Source of the DNA: a virus
DNA: 64,000 bases
Reading direction: 5' to 3' (one strand)
Virus record (IMG/VR): IMGVR_UViG_3300036834_000211
Coordinates: 50,542-114,541 of that record
Below the pieces are notes generated by a model. That model made no database searches. It saw only the letters and a list, made by a program, of their open reading frames with translations, and was not told the DNA's origin. Positions within the stretch are counted from its first letter, which is position 1; the number at the start of each line of letters is the position of its first letter. The translations under genes were made by a program, and so were the position numbers. Below are positions 63,181 to 64,000 of the stretch, in pieces.

Positions 63181-64000
63181 ATGAACAGGTTGTTGCGACT
63201 CTCGATCGCCGCGGCTGTCCTCGCGCTCGGGTGGATCCCCATGGCCCACTCTGATCCAGTCTCCCAGCAACTCAGCGTCGCCGGGTACAAGTCCGTCAGT
63301 CTCCCCTGCGCGACGGACGTCCTCATCCCGGTCGTCCCGAGCGGGTCAGCCCTGACGTCGCAGTACCTCTCGTGCGCCAATCTCTTGACGTTCGGTCTCA
63401 TCGGCTCCACACTGCCGGGAACGCCCACGCGGTACCTCGGCCTCGACGCCGGTAACAATCTAGTGACCGGGATACCAGCCGGCGGAGGTGGCGGGGGAAG
63501 TGGCAACGTGTCGGGACCAGGCTTCTCCTCCAACCTGTTCGTCCCGCAGTGGGTTGGGACGACCGGATCGCTCCTCGGTACCGGGCTTCCGGTGAGCCAG
63601 GCCGGCGGCTCCGGTAATGCGATCGTCGAGTCCACGGCGGGCGGTACCATCGCCAACTCGTGGATCTCGGGCCTGCCCAACTCGAACCTGGCCAACTCGA
63701 CGATCGGGGTATCGGTCCCGTCTTGGCTCGTCGCACCCTCGTCGGTTGCACTTGGTGGAACCTTGACGATCGCTGGTGCCTCGCTCCCCTCCAACCAGTT
63801 CCTCGCCACTCCGAACGGTACCTCCGGGGCTCTGGCACCGAGGGCGATCGTATCGGCCGACCTGCCGCTCGGGTCCAGTTCCCAGTCCGGAGTCCTGGAG
63901 TGCGGGACCGGTACGGCCTGCAGTGCCGGCGTGATAACCGCGTACGTCAACCCGACGCTCAATAACGCCCAGTTCCTGGGTTACGGCGCCGGGTCGGGGT
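63181..64000 (+). CDS. Gly/Ser-rich fibre-like protein with signal peptide; 3' truncated by window edge
   Basis: Hand-translated MNRLLRLSIAAAVLALGWIPMAHS|D...GGGGGSGNVSGP...RAIVSADLP; open to the window end. Confidence 0.7.
   Translation, partial: MNRLLRLSIAAAVLALGWIPMAHSDPVSQQLSVAGYKSVSLPCATDVLIPVVPSGSALTSQYLSCANLLTFGLIGSTLPGTPTRYLGLDAGNNLVTGIPAGGGGGGSGNVSGPGFSSNLFVPQWVGTTGSLLGTGLPVSQAGGSGNAIVESTAGGTIANSWISGLPNSNLANSTIGVSVPSWLVAPSSVALGGTLTIAGASLPSNQFLATPNGTSGALAPRAIVSADLPLGSSSQSGVLECGTGTACSAGVITAYVNPTLNNAQFLGYGAGSG

Overview
This window is a 64-kb internal segment of a high-GC (roughly 60-65% by eye) dsDNA tailed phage with a contractile tail. The host is probably an alphaproteobacterium, suggested by a SciP/DUF1153-like gene and a class II RNR. 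No integrase, terminase, portal or capsid gene lies in the window. Layout: (1) 1-17.5 kb, tail module (sheath, tube, frameshifted chaperone, tape measure, baseplate, fibres), interrupted by small inserted genes and by three large fibre-like genes that carry Sec-type signal peptides. (2) 17.5-22 kb, small early genes, a sigma factor and an amidoligase + GGCT pair around a divergent promoter region. (3) 22-58 kb, replication, recombination and nucleotide metabolism: primase, DnaB-like helicase, beta clamp, DnaX, a split UDG-exo/PolA, SSB, RecA, resolvase, SbcCD, dCTP deaminase, ThyX and NrdJ. This block also holds a complete preQ0 pathway (folE, queD, queE, queC) and a TGT/DpdA-like transglycosylase clustered with an SDR, a second radical SAM enzyme, a PIG-L deacetylase and a GT-B glycosyltransferase. 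(4) 58.6-62.5 kb, leftward early genes (SNF2 helicase, RNAP alpha-CTD-like protein). (5) A NusG paralogue heading a new rightward operon that starts with a fourth signal-peptide fibre-like gene. The most interesting signals are the possible sugar-elaborated 7-deazaguanine DNA modification, the exported cysteine-paired fibre-like proteins, a dispersed ~94-bp structured repeat with covarying stems, a TTGC-N8-GCAA operator regulon, and the split polymerase. All protein assignments come from motif recognition by eye; no database searches were run.
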